Shown here: positions 1 to 9,035 of the stretch, piece by piece
Numbering within the stretch: position 1 is the first letter of the stretch
Layout: the number at the start of each line of letters is the position of its first letter
From: Gemmatimonadota bacterium
GTDB taxonomy: Bacteria; Gemmatimonadota; Gemmatimonadetes; Palauibacterales; Palauibacteraceae
Direction: 5' to 3'
Assembly (NCBI GenBank): GCA_020351855.1
Contig: CP070670.1
Location: 2,843,274 to 2,907,273, forward strand
Length of the DNA: 64,000 nt
The notes under the pieces: model-generated
What the model saw: only the letters and a program-made list of their open reading frames with translations
What the model was told of the DNA's origin: nothing
Database searches by the model: none
Program-made: the position numbers and the translations under genes

Positions 1-752
1 GCCGGGCGGGCGGCGCGGACGGAGATCCAGCAGCGGCCAGCCCGACGGCCGGCACCGGCCTGCCACCGCGCGGACGTCCGGCGTGGTTCGTCGCCGGGCT
101 TCTCTGCCTGTGGGCCGCGTTGGATTGGCCGATCGGGGCCCTCGGTGCCGGCTATCTGGCCGGGGTCCACATGCTCCAGTTCGTCCTCATCGCCCTGGTC
201 TCACCGGCGCTGCTGCTGCTCGGAATCCCACCGGGTCGTCCGGACCTCGGGCGGCGGACCGCGATGGCCCTGAAAGTGGGCTCGCAACCGCTCATCGCGC
301 TGATCCTCTTCAACCTCATCATCATCGTCACCCACCTCCCAGCCGTCGTCGACTCCCTCATGGTCTCCCAGTTCGGCTCCTTCGCGATCGACGTGCTCTG
401 GCTCGCAGGCGGCATCCTGTTCTGGTGGCCGGTCGTGCTCGATCGGCCCGCACGACCCTACTTCGGATACCCGATGAAGATCGGGTATCTGATCCTCGCC
501 ACCATCGTGAATGCCGGAACGTTCCTCTACCTGACGTTCAGCGAACTGCCGGTGTATGCGACGTACGAGCTTGCCCCGCCCGTGTACGGCCTCTCGGCGC
601 GCGATGATCAGCGCATCGCGGGCATCCTGATGAAGGTGGGGACGGTCGCGGTGCTGTGGACGGCCATCAGCGTGCTGTTTTACCGGTGGTATCGGAGGGA
701 GTCGGTCGAGGCGCAAACGACAGCTGGCGGCGGATCCGACGACGCGCCGTAG
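1..752 (+). CDS. Cytochrome c oxidase caa3 assembly factor CtaG-like membrane protein (COG3336); 5' end lies outside the window
   Basis: Open frame from the window start to TAG at 750-752. The motif AGVHMLQFVLIALVSPALLLLGIP matches the CtaG signature (HMxQH...PPLLxLGxP), and the protein has several hydrophobic helices. Confidence 0.6.
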   Translation, partial: RAGGADGDPAAASPTAGTGLPPRGRPAWFVAGLLCLWAALDWPIGALGAGYLAGVHMLQFVLIALVSPALLLLGIPPGRPDLGRRTAMALKVGSQPLIALILFNLIIIVTHLPAVVDSLMVSQFGSFAIDVLWLAGGILFWWPVVLDRPARPYFGYPMKIGYLILATIVNAGTFLYLTFSELPVYATYELAPPVYGLSARDDQRIAGILMKVGTVAVLWTAISVLFYRWYRRESVEAQTTAGGGSDDAP

Positions 753-766
753 TCGATCTTCGCCCG

Positions 767-985
767 TCAGGCGAGCGAAGCCTTATATCCGGCTGCCTCG
801 ACGGCACCGATCAACCGGGCACCCGCCGCGTCCGGCGCCACGGAAGCGATGGCGCGCCCCTCGTCCAGTCGCACCTCGACCTCCTCGACGCCGGGAACGC
901 CGTCGAGAGCCTCCCGCACCGCGGCGGCGCAGCCCTCGCACTTCATGCCCTCGATCACGAGCGTCAGGTGGCGGGTCGACGTCAT
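767..985 (-). CDS. copZ: Heavy-metal-associated (HMA) domain copper chaperone, CopZ-like
   Basis: 72 aa with a GMKCEGCAAAV metal-binding MxCxxC motif. Strong RBS (GGAGGGAG) precedes the ATG at 985. Confidence 0.8.
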   Translation of the reverse strand: MTSTRHLTLVIEGMKCEGCAAAVREALDGVPGVEEVEVRLDEGRAIASVAPDAAGARLIGAVEAAGYKASLA

Positions 986-1084
986 TGCTCCCTCCTCGCT
1001 ACGGTCGGGACTCGGCCATGTCCCCGCGGCATCATCCTAGGGGCGGAGCCAGCGGCGAACTACCCCCTTAACCGCATGCTCCGA

Positions 1085-1117
1085 CGAAAGAAAGAGGGGC
1101 GACCGACCGGTCGCCCC
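1085..1117 (-). terminator. Rho-independent terminator downstream of tonB
   Basis: 9-bp GC stem GGGGCGACC/GGTCGCCCC with loop GACC (1096-1117). On the minus strand it is followed by a CTCTTTCTTTCG tract. Confidence 0.5.
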
Positions 1118-1166
1118 TGGCAGACGCCCCGGCACGCCGGGTCGTCGGCAGCGCTGACTGGCTGCC

Positions 1167-1850
1167 TCAGTGCACCTCGAACGTGATGGCCTGCTGGACC
1201 CAGACGGGCGTCTTTTTGTCGCGGTTCTGAGCCGGCTTGAACTCCATCGCATCGGCGCAATGGAGGGCGACCTTGTCCATCGCCTGGAAACCGCTGGACT
1301 GCTGTACCTGCGCCTTCAGGACGTTGCCGTCCCGGTCGATGTAGATCCAGAGCACGACCTTGCCCTCGATTCGCGCCTCGCGGAGCGCCGGCGGGTAGTC
1401 CCGCTTGAGCATCTTCTGGATCTCGCCTCCGTTCAGCAGCTTCGGCGGAACATCGTAGGGAATGAACGTGGGCCGGTCCTCTGGGTTGGCGCCCGTGGCC
1501 GCGGGAGGTGGGGCGAGGTTCTCGACCGGGTTCGACTCGAAGGTCGTTGGAGCGATCGTCACGTCCTCGTCCACCGTCGTCGCCGCCACCTTGGGCGTCG
1601 CCGGCCGCGCGATCATCTCCGGCGGAGGCGGAACGTGGACCTCAGGCGGCAACTCGATCGCCTCGATCTCCTCCATCTCCCCGGAGAGGTCTGCTGCCTG
1701 CAGGTTCGGGAACAGGGTAAAGAAGGCGAAGTGGAGCCCAACGGCGACGATCACGCCGAAGCCGACCCAATCCTTGTAGTGCGACTTGAAAGACTCGTTG
1801 GCGGACGCGGGGACTCCTCCCTCCGCAGCCGGCTGCCCGTTCCTTGCCAT
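1167..1850 (-). CDS. tonB: Energy transducer TonB (Pro-rich linker plus C-terminal TonB domain)
   Basis: N-terminal TM helix, a PPEVHVPPPPE proline-rich stretch, and a C-terminal YPPALREARIEGKVVLWIYIDRDGNV TonB-C domain. RBS AGGGGGAA precedes the ATG at 1850. Confidence 0.85.
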   Translation of the reverse strand: MARNGQPAAEGGVPASANESFKSHYKDWVGFGVIVAVGLHFAFFTLFPNLQAADLSGEMEEIEAIELPPEVHVPPPPEMIARPATPKVAATTVDEDVTIAPTTFESNPVENLAPPPAATGANPEDRPTFIPYDVPPKLLNGGEIQKMLKRDYPPALREARIEGKVVLWIYIDRDGNVLKAQVQQSSGFQAMDKVALHCADAMEFKPAQNRDKKTPVWVQQAITFEVH

Positions 1851-2179
1851 CGTTCCCCCTTTATGCCCGCAGCACCGGCGGCATGGTGCGCCGGAAGCCG
1901 GGATCTGGCACGCACACTATGGCGGTTCCCATGGCCCGCGGGGCGGACGGCACGACCCGTTGCGACCGCTTCACCCCCGATACCGCATTGAAGGTAGATT
2001 CGCGAGGGCTCAAGCGTCTGTCGGGAAACCGCTTTGATCGGATGTGGGGAGTTTCCCTCAGACCCCTGATTCGACTCGTCGCAAGCGCCCGGCGGTACGC
2101 GGCAGGGCCCAAATGCGGCCCGATCTCGATCGAGCCTCTGGTCAACCGGCCCGCGGCTCGCAAGGTTACTCGATTCTCG

Positions 2180-2971
2180 ATGCCACAGGGTCGACACGAA
2201 GACGAAGGGGAACACGCCGTGGTCAAACCGTTCGATAGCGAGAGCAACGCCGATGCCGGACGGCGCCGGCTCCTGGGTCGGAAGCGCTCCGCGGCCCTAC
2301 GAGAGGTCGAGGCGCTCCTCGCGGGGTGCGAGGAGCTCCGGGACGTCACCGCAGAGGACGTGGCGGCAGCGAACGCGAGGCAAGGCGTGACCGTCGATCG
2401 GCGGTATCGGGTCGTGTGCCGCGAGCTCTACCGGCGCTTCTTCGAGCAGTGCCTCGAGGACCACAGGCTCAGCGGCAGCGAGCGGGGCGATCTCGCTCAC
2501 TTGAAGAACATTCTCGGGCTGGATGCGGAGGACGTCGGGACGGTGCACGATGAGGTCTCGCGTGCCGTCTACGGGCAGGCGGTCGAGGGGGTGCTTGAGG
2601 ACCACCTCGTCGATCCGGAGGAGGCGGACTTCCTCCGGCAGCTGCGCGAGGAGTTGGAGCTGGCGGACCATATCGCCGAGAGCCTGTACGAGACGGAGGA
2701 GCGACGGGCACGACACCGCTACTTCTCCAAGACCGTATCCGCCGACAGCACGCTGCTCGCGTCGCACGTCGCGACACTCGAATTGAGCGGGCGCTCGAAA
2801 AAGGGTGTGGAGGAGGCGGTGATCGATGCGCTCGAGGAGGCCTGCCGCGCAGTCCCTGAGCTCGCTTCGGCCGAGCTCAGTCAGGTGCGGGTGAAGGTCC
2901 GCGACGGCAAGGTCACCGAGTGGGAGGTCGACCTCAAGGCGCGGCTCGATCGGAGCGGAAGACGGGACTAG
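2180..2971 (+). CDS. Hypothetical acidic helical protein (two internal D/E-rich helical repeats)
   Basis: High GC3 coding frame ending at TAG 2969-2971. The start is uncertain: ATG 2180 is chosen, but the frame stays open upstream to TTG 1844, with ATG alternatives at 1883 and 1919 and no clear RBS. It is convergent with the dCache gene and overlaps its end by 4 nt. Confidence 0.45.
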   Translation: MPQGRHEDEGEHAVVKPFDSESNADAGRRRLLGRKRSAALREVEALLAGCEELRDVTAEDVAAANARQGVTVDRRYRVVCRELYRRFFEQCLEDHRLSGSERGDLAHLKNILGLDAEDVGTVHDEVSRAVYGQAVEGVLEDHLVDPEEADFLRQLREELELADHIAESLYETEERRARHRYFSKTVSADSTLLASHVATLELSGRSKKGVEEAVIDALEEACRAVPELASAELSQVRVKVRDGKVTEWEVDLKARLDRSGRRD

Positions 2972-4101
2972 CCGCCGCCCCGGCCGACGTCCCTCGTCCA
3001 GGGTTCGGGCCGCTCCGCTCGTCCCATGAGGTAGGTGAGCGCCACGGCGGCCAGGGCGGCGACGGTCGCCAAGCCCAGAAGAGCGGCCGGTAGCAGCCTG
3101 CGGGGCTCGAGCGCCCGCCCTCGCACCTCCGACCTGTCGATCTCGGCGACGACCGCCCAGCGCACCCCCTCGAAGTCGAAGGGACCGAACGCGGCGAGCG
3201 AGGGGATGCCACGGTAGTCCGTCGCTTCGTCCATGCCCGTCTCGCCGGCCAGCGCCCGCCGCGCCGGCTCCGTGTCCACCCGCGTGCGGAGGATCGTGCT
3301 GGTCCCCGAGAATCGGGAGTCGCTCCGCATCAGCCCGTCCCGGCCCACCAGGTAAGTCTCCCCCGTATCACCCATTCCGCCGGTGAACTGCATGATGTGG
3401 TCGATGCCGCTTACGGGGATCTGGAACGCCAGCACCCCCAGGAACTCCCCATCCTCCCCCCGGACGGCGCTGGCCACGAAGCTCGCCGGCTCGTCCCCAC
3501 TCGGCGCGTAGGGCTCGAAGTCGGTGAACGCGACGAAGTCCTCGGACTCGGCATCACGAGCTGCGCGGAAGGCGCGTCCGAGGCCCGTGTCCCGCCACGC
3601 GCCGGCGACGAAATCCGTCGCGAAGTCGGGCTCCTTGGCGACGGTGTAGAGCAGGTGGCCTTCGGCATCGAACAGGAAGACATCGTCGTACCCGTGGTAT
3701 TGGATAAAGCGGAGGGCGTTCGGATGCACGGCCTCGTGCAGCCGGCTGTACAGCGAGCCGTCGGCCGCGGCAGTCAATCGATGTCTGCCGTCCTCCTGGT
3801 AGGGATTCTCCTGGATATACAGGCGCTGCAGTCGAGCGGACGGATCGTCCGGCAACTGTTCCCATGCCCTCCCCAACTCGATGACGGCGTCCCGAAGCCC
3901 CGGCAGTTCGCTCCACAGCAGGACCTCGGAGCGGGTCGTCTCCAGATACTCGCGGAGCGCCGAGCGTCGCAGCTCCATGAGGGTGAGCAAATATCCCTTC
4001 GCCTCCTCGACCTCGGACCGCACCGTCCGGGCGAGGATCGCCCCAATCACCAGCGCGAGCGCGATCACCGCGACGGCCAGCGTCCCGACGAGCCGCCTCA
4101 C
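2968..4101 (-). CDS. dCache-type periplasmic sensor membrane protein lacking any cytoplasmic output domain
   Basis: TM1, then a roughly 300-aa periplasmic double-Cache-like region (GYDDVFLFDAEGHLLYTV and TGETYLVGRDGLMRSDSRF modules), then TM2 (LLPAALLGLATVAALAAVALTYLMG), then stop after about 20 residues. GTG start 4099-4101 overlaps the TAXI stop (GTGA). Confidence 0.7.
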   Translation of the reverse strand: MRRLVGTLAVAVIALALVIGAILARTVRSEVEEAKGYLLTLMELRRSALREYLETTRSEVLLWSELPGLRDAVIELGRAWEQLPDDPSARLQRLYIQENPYQEDGRHRLTAAADGSLYSRLHEAVHPNALRFIQYHGYDDVFLFDAEGHLLYTVAKEPDFATDFVAGAWRDTGLGRAFRAARDAESEDFVAFTDFEPYAPSGDEPASFVASAVRGEDGEFLGVLAFQIPVSGIDHIMQFTGGMGDTGETYLVGRDGLMRSDSRFSGTSTILRTRVDTEPARRALAGETGMDEATDYRGIPSLAAFGPFDFEGVRWAVVAEIDRSEVRGRALEPRRLLPAALLGLATVAALAAVALTYLMGRAERPEPWTRDVGRGGG

Positions 4102-5375
4102 GCGCCGTCTCCCGGTGAAGCTGGGCTGCGGAACGTCGCCTCGCGCCGTCTCAGCGTCCCGTCGACCAGGCTCCAGGTGAACCAGAAGAAATGGAAGCCG
4201 TCCGGGCTGATGAGTCCGACCTCGGCGTCATCGACTACGGCAGCCGCGAGCGCGAACAGCCGCCTGCGGCAATCCCGTAGCTCCTCGGGATCGGTGGTGC
4301 CGTCCGCCTGCACGCCCAGATCGAGGACCTCCTTGTTGTAACGGTCGATTCTCTTCTTCTTGCGACGCGAGCCCAGCTGGAGGATGCCCGAGCCCAGCAG
4401 GGCGGCCAAGGTGACGAGAAGTGCGAGAGGCTCCGCATTCTCCTGCACGAACGAGGGACGGTCGCGGTCGTAGAACCGTTGCGCGCCCGGATGCACGAGA
4501 ACGTACGTGCCGCCACCGAGGCTCGGCGCGGAGATAAAGCCGGCCAGCGACGTGAGGTTCATGAGCTCGCTACGGCGCTCGAACAGGACTCTGGTGAGCG
4601 TGTGGACGACTCGGGCGTCCAGGTCGCGACTGGCCACGAGGAGCCGTTGCACGGCCACCGTCGGCATGTCGCTCTCCGGTATCGGCGGATAACCGCGGTA
4701 GGATCCGGTGGGGATGATCCCGGGTTCCAATGCCGGCTGCCGCAGTTGGAGCGCCGCCGCCTGGGCGATGGGGACGATCCGCGTCGGGACCGATTCGATC
4801 AGCTCAAGGATGGCGGGGTTTCCCGCCGCACGCACTCGGAAGACGGCGTCGACGGCGCCATTGATGAGCGCATAGCTGGAGGATGCGGCGGACATCGGGA
4901 CGGCGCGAACGTCATCCGCGCCAAGCTCGTAGTGCTCGGCGAGAAACCAGAACGACTCGTACTGGCCGCCCCCCTGCGGGGGGAGCGCGACGCGCTTGCC
5001 CCTCAGATCCGCCACGTGGCGGATCCCGGAGTCCTCCCGGACGATGAGCTGGAAGAGATCGGGGTACAGGAGAGCGACCAGCCGCTCCGCCCGCCCCATC
5101 CGCACGTCCGCCTGCACGGTGGCCAGCTCGACCCGGCCCTCCTCGAGGAGACGCGTGTTCACGTGGGACCCCGCCGTCTCCACGACCTCCACCGAGAGCT
5201 CGGGGTGATGCCGCTCCACGACTTCGGCGAACGCGGTCGCGATGGCGTAAGCCTCCCCTTCGGCTGGCCCTGCCGCAATGGTGACTCGCTGTGCATGTCC
5301 CTCGCGCAACGCCAGGGCGAGCGCCAGCGCAGCGAGAACGAACAGGGCCAAGATCGTCAAGGCGCGAAGGCTCAC
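4098..5375 (-). CDS. TAXI-family TRAP solute-binding protein (COG2358) with an extra C-terminal TM anchor and an ~100-aa cytoplasmic tail
   Basis: Signal peptide, then RVTIAAGPAEGEAYAIATAFAEVVERHHPELSVEVVETAGSHVNTRLLEEGRVELATVQADV (TAXI signature), a TM helix (LALLVTLAALLGSGILQL), and a basic tail RRKKKRIDRYNKE. GTG start with a GGAGG RBS. Confidence 0.75.
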   Translation of the reverse strand: MSLRALTILALFVLAALALALALREGHAQRVTIAAGPAEGEAYAIATAFAEVVERHHPELSVEVVETAGSHVNTRLLEEGRVELATVQADVRMGRAERLVALLYPDLFQLIVREDSGIRHVADLRGKRVALPPQGGGQYESFWFLAEHYELGADDVRAVPMSAASSSYALINGAVDAVFRVRAAGNPAILELIESVPTRIVPIAQAAALQLRQPALEPGIIPTGSYRGYPPIPESDMPTVAVQRLLVASRDLDARVVHTLTRVLFERRSELMNLTSLAGFISAPSLGGGTYVLVHPGAQRFYDRDRPSFVQENAEPLALLVTLAALLGSGILQLGSRRKKKRIDRYNKEVLDLGVQADGTTDPEELRDCRRRLFALAAAVVDDAEVGLISPDGFHFFWFTWSLVDGTLRRREATFRSPASPGDGA

Positions 5376-5698
5376 GAATCCTCCGCCTCATAGGCCCGTC
5401 GCAGCTCGGCCGCGATCCGCGCGCGGACGTCGGGAGCGGCGAAGGCGGCCCCGATGGCGTCCAGATTGGCGCTGAGCAAGCGCTCTCTTCCCCAGCCAAA
5501 CGCTCGCGCGAGCCGCTCGTACTCCCCGGTCAGGTCGACATCGCAGAGCGTGCGGCCGTCCGTGTTGACACCGAGCCGCACGCCCGCCGCGCGCAGCCGC
5601 TCGATCGGGTGATCGGCCAGGGTGGCCGCGATGTCCGTCTGCACGTTGGATGTGGGGCACACCTCCAGATGAATCTCGCGGTGGAGGTGCAGCTCCAC
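5372..5698 (-). pseudogene. Adenosine deaminase remnant with in-frame internal deletion (N-terminal HxH motif fused to the C-terminal ~100 aa)
   Basis: The C-terminal HLEVCPTSNVQT...GVRLGVNTDGRTLCDVDLTGEYERL matches the ADA C-terminus. The same frame reads KTITLRSLPKVELHLH (the ADA N-terminal LPKVELHxHLDG motif) directly joined to REIHLEVCP. Only a GTG at the V of KVELH remains as a start. Stop overlaps the TAXI start. Confidence 0.6.
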
Positions 5699-5718
5699 TT
5701 TGGGGAGCGAGCGCAGGG

Positions 5719-6132
5719 TTATCGTCTTTCCGGACGCTGAAGGTTGTCGAGGGCCCGATCCACGGCGGCCTTGGCCGACGTCGTGATGCCCCCTCGCTGA
5801 TACTCCTCGACAACCATGTCCTCCAGCCGCTGAAGGAGAACATCGAGGCCGGACGGGGGGCTGTCCGCCGTGCCCTCCGGCAGGAGACGATCGGCCGCGC
5901 TGAACAGGTTGATCCAGCGCTCCGTCTGGCGTCCGAACAGGACGACGTCGTAGAAATTGCGGCCTGCACGGGCACCGATCCCGAGCAGGTCCATCACGGC
6001 GGCTACGATGGACAGCGGAATCATCGCGGCGTCCCGCAGCCCATCCACGAACAGCTTGCCCTGGAAGACGAGGGCGTCGCGCACGAGTTCCCAGCGCGAT
6101 GTCGTCGCCGGTACGGGCAGATGGCTACTCAT
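5719..6132 (-). CDS. Hypothetical protein (137 aa)
   Basis: Clean ORF with coding-like codon usage, placed directly upstream of the ADA remnant. No recognisable family. Confidence 0.45.
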   Translation of the reverse strand: MSSHLPVPATTSRWELVRDALVFQGKLFVDGLRDAAMIPLSIVAAVMDLLGIGARAGRNFYDVVLFGRQTERWINLFSAADRLLPEGTADSPPSGLDVLLQRLEDMVVEEYQRGGITTSAKAAVDRALDNLQRPERR

Positions 6133-6404
6133 GGCTCCTCCGAACGGCTGCAGTCCGAAGCTCTCTCTCGGTGGATCCTTCCACGGCTCCTCCCGGGGCG
6201 CTCGAGCGGGCGCCGACCGCCAATGTGGGGCACGATCGGATGCGACGCCCCACTGTATGCCTGATCATACGCGGCCGGCCTCAGCGCAGGCGATGGTTGT
6301 CCGATCGGTGACGCCCGCCCGGCTCCGCGCAACGTTTCCCACGCTCGAACGTACAGTGGGCAGCAGATCCGCACATCGCCCCAAGCCAAGCGGGAGGGAC
6401 CGCC

Positions 6405-8300
6405 ATGCGTCCTCAACATCCGAGGCTGTCCGCCGGCCGGTGCAGCCGGTGGATCGTGCTCGTGACCATCCTGGCCCCTCGCCCGGGTCTCGCGCAGCAG
6501 TCGCTCCAGACCATCGATGCACCGCTACCCCACGCCCACCAGGCGGGGGACCCGACCGTGGAGAACATCCGCTACACGGTGACCTTCGACGAGCGGACGG
6601 CCACTCACCGATCGCTGCACGTCGACATGACGTTCGACGTTTCGGAGGACGGCCCGGTCATCCTGTCGCTTCCCGCCTGGACCCCGGGATCGTACGAGCT
6701 CGATCACTTCGCCCGGCACGTGCGGGGGTTCCAGGCCGAATCGGACGGCAACGCCGTCCGCTGGGACAAGGCGGACTACGACAGCTGGCGTCTACACCCC
6801 GAGCATGCGCGGACCGTGACGGTGAGCTTCGATTACCGGGCCGACACGCTCGACACGGGCATGTCCTGGTCCGCGGACGATTTCGCGTACTTCAACGGAG
6901 CGAACCTGTTTCTCTATCCGGAGGGCCAGGGCTACGACTTCCCGGTCGACGTCACGATCCGCACCGAGCCGGGCTGGGGCGTGTCCACGGGGCTGGAGCC
7001 GGCCGCGAATCCGGGTGACTACTCGGCCCGCGACTATCACGAGGCCGTGGACATGCCGACGTTCATCGGACGCTTCGACCTCGACAGCGCCCGGATCGAC
7101 GGGCGCTGGTACAGGCTCGCGAGCTACCCGGAAGGAGTTCTGGCGGGGGATGAGCGGTCCACGGTATGGCAGCAGGTCCGTGACATCATGCCCCCGCTGC
7201 AGGCGGTGTTCGGAGAGACCCCCTTCGACCGCTACACCATCCTGATGGTCTTCCCCGACGAGTACCCGGGCGGTGCCGCCCTGGAGCACTCCAACTCGCA
7301 CCTGGGGATCTACACGCGCCAGCTCATTGGCAACCCGATCCTCGCCTCGGTGCTCGCCCACGAGATCTTCCATGCCTGGAACGTCAAGCGGCTGAGGCCG
7401 GCGGAGCTCACGCCTTACGAGTACGATCGGCCCCAGCTCACCACGCTTCTCTGGGTGAGCGAGGGGATCACCGACTACTACGCCGACTTGGCTCTGGTGC
7501 GGGGTGGAGTCGTGCAGCCGGAGGGGTTCTATCACCTCACGGCGAACAAGATCAGCACGGTGCGCCGGGCACCCCCCGTCGCTCTGGAAGACGCGTCGCT
7601 CTCCACCTGGATCGAGCCGGATGACGGTACGGCGTTCCTCTACTACCCCAAGGGTTCGCTGGTCGGATTGATGCTCGACATCCTCATCCGCCACCGCTCG
7701 GGCAACCGTGCGTCGCTGGATGACGTAATGCGCTCGCTGTACGAGGCGACGTTCCTGCGGGGCCAGGGCTTTACCGAGGATCAATGGTGGGCGGCTGTGC
7801 TGGAGGCCGCGGGCGGCGATCCGGTGATCGATGTCCAGCGGCTGAGCGCGTCTTACATAGACGGCCGCGAGCCGTATCCGTGGGAGACGGTCCTGCCGCT
7901 GGCGGGCCTGGCCCTCGTGGCGGACACGGCCCGCTACCCGCAGATCGGCTTCCGCGTGGAGCCGGACGCGCGGGGCGTGCGCGTCGTGGGGCTCGACGAT
8001 GACGGCCGGGCGGCGGCAGCCGGCGTCCGTTCGGGCGATTACCTGCTCAGGGTGGGCGAGATCGAGGTGCGGGACGCGGCCTCTCTGTCGGGCTTCCGTC
8101 AGCGGTACGGGCGCGAGGCGGCCGGAAGCCCCGTCGAGATCGACGTGAGGCGCGGGGACGAGGTCATCACCCTGAGCGTGCCGCTGGACCACTCGGAGAG
8201 CGTGCGGTACTCGATCGTGGAGCAGGCCGATGCGGCGGAGGGCGCCCGGCGCATCCGGGAGGGAATTTTGACGGGTCGGACGAGCAGCGGGATGCCGTGA
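6405..8300 (+). CDS. M61 family glycyl aminopeptidase with C-terminal PDZ domain (COG3975)
   Basis: Signal peptide, an HExxH zinc site (LAHEIFHAWN), and a C-terminal PDZ-like segment (VVGLDDDGRAAAAGVRSGDYLLRVGEIEV). RBS GGGAGGGA. Confidence 0.85.
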   Translation: MRPQHPRLSAGRCSRWIVLVTILAPRPGLAQQSLQTIDAPLPHAHQAGDPTVENIRYTVTFDERTATHRSLHVDMTFDVSEDGPVILSLPAWTPGSYELDHFARHVRGFQAESDGNAVRWDKADYDSWRLHPEHARTVTVSFDYRADTLDTGMSWSADDFAYFNGANLFLYPEGQGYDFPVDVTIRTEPGWGVSTGLEPAANPGDYSARDYHEAVDMPTFIGRFDLDSARIDGRWYRLASYPEGVLAGDERSTVWQQVRDIMPPLQAVFGETPFDRYTILMVFPDEYPGGAALEHSNSHLGIYTRQLIGNPILASVLAHEIFHAWNVKRLRPAELTPYEYDRPQLTTLLWVSEGITDYYADLALVRGGVVQPEGFYHLTANKISTVRRAPPVALEDASLSTWIEPDDGTAFLYYPKGSLVGLMLDILIRHRSGNRASLDDVMRSLYEATFLRGQGFTEDQWWAAVLEAAGGDPVIDVQRLSASYIDGREPYPWETVLPLAGLALVADTARYPQIGFRVEPDARGVRVVGLDDDGRAAAAGVRSGDYLLRVGEIEVRDAASLSGFRQRYGREAAGSPVEIDVRRGDEVITLSVPLDHSESVRYSIVEQADAAEGARRIREGILTGRTSSGMP

Positions 8301-8456
8301 CCGAGACGCGGCTTGCCACGGCTCTCCGGAGGGCGCCCGTCTTGTAGGGCGCCGGGGGAGATCGCAGATTGCCGTTCCCCCGCCGGCCGGCGCAGGTGAC
8401 GCCGCGAGTCGGAACCAGTCGGAGGCAGCAGGCAGAATGACGGGCGCGGGTTCACC

Positions 8457-9035
8457 GTGAACACGGGCGATGCTACACCCCCCGGTGACGTGACGCGGCT
8501 TCTGGAAGCCGTTCGCGATGGCGAGCGCGAGGCGCTCGACCGACTCCTACCTCTCGTGTACGACGAGCTCCGTGACCTCGCTCGTCGACAGATGTGGCGC
8601 GAGCGGCCCGATCACACGCTCCACGCCACCGCTCTCGTCCACGAGGCGTACGTGAAGCTGGCGGGCGGAGGTCGCGTGGAGGCTGCCGATCGGGCCCACT
8701 TCCTCGCGATCGCGGCCCACGCGATGCGACAGGTTCTGGTGGACCACGCGCGGCGCCACATGGCGGCCAAGCGCGGGGGGGGCTGGGAGGTCACGACGCT
8801 CGCCGACGGTCATCGGGCGCTGGATTTCCGCCCCGAGGAGATCCTCACCCTCGACCGGGCTCTCGAACGGCTCGAGCCGAGACAGCGACAGGTCGTGGAG
8901 TACCGGTTCTTCGCCGGGCTTGAGGAAGCGGAGATCGCTGCCCTGCTGGAGGTGTCCGAGCGGACGGTGCGGCGTGACTGGGTGAAGGCCAGGGCCTGGC
9001 TGTATCGCGAGCTGTATCCGGAAGCGGAATCGTAG
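8457..9035 (+). CDS. ECF-type RNA polymerase sigma factor (TIGR02999-like) of the group found next to Ser/Thr kinases
   Basis: 192 aa with sigma-70 region 2 and region 4 (EIAALLEVSERTVRRDW). Its stop TAG 9033-9035 overlaps the GTG of the downstream kinase. Confidence 0.85.
   Translation: MNTGDATPPGDVTRLLEAVRDGEREALDRLLPLVYDELRDLARRQMWRERPDHTLHATALVHEAYVKLAGGGRVEAADRAHFLAIAAHAMRQVLVDHARRHMAAKRGGGWEVTTLADGHRALDFRPEEILTLDRALERLEPRQRQVVEYRFFAGLEEAEIAALLEVSERTVRRDWVKARAWLYRELYPEAES

Noticed and set aside
1844-2179. 5' extension of hypothetical gene 2180..2971 back to TTG 1844, overlapping the tonB start
   Set aside because: The extension is R/G/P-rich and lacks an RBS, although its GC3 is high. 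It is kept as an alternative start rather than a separate feature.
6792-8192. Long antisense or alternative-frame ORFs (e.g. 6792..8192-, 8810..10216-, 10631..12052-, 12155..13315-, 18110..19759-, 27013..28407-, 62523..63968-)
   Set aside because: They overlap well-supported genes and their products are Arg/Gly/Pro/Ala-rich low-complexity strings. This is typical of spurious ORFs in GC-rich DNA; they show no motif content.
8411-8440. GGAAC...CAGAAT as an autoregulatory ECF promoter upstream of the sigma gene
   Set aside because: Only the GGAAC -35-like element is present. No CGTC-type -10 at the right spacing, so it is too weak to call.
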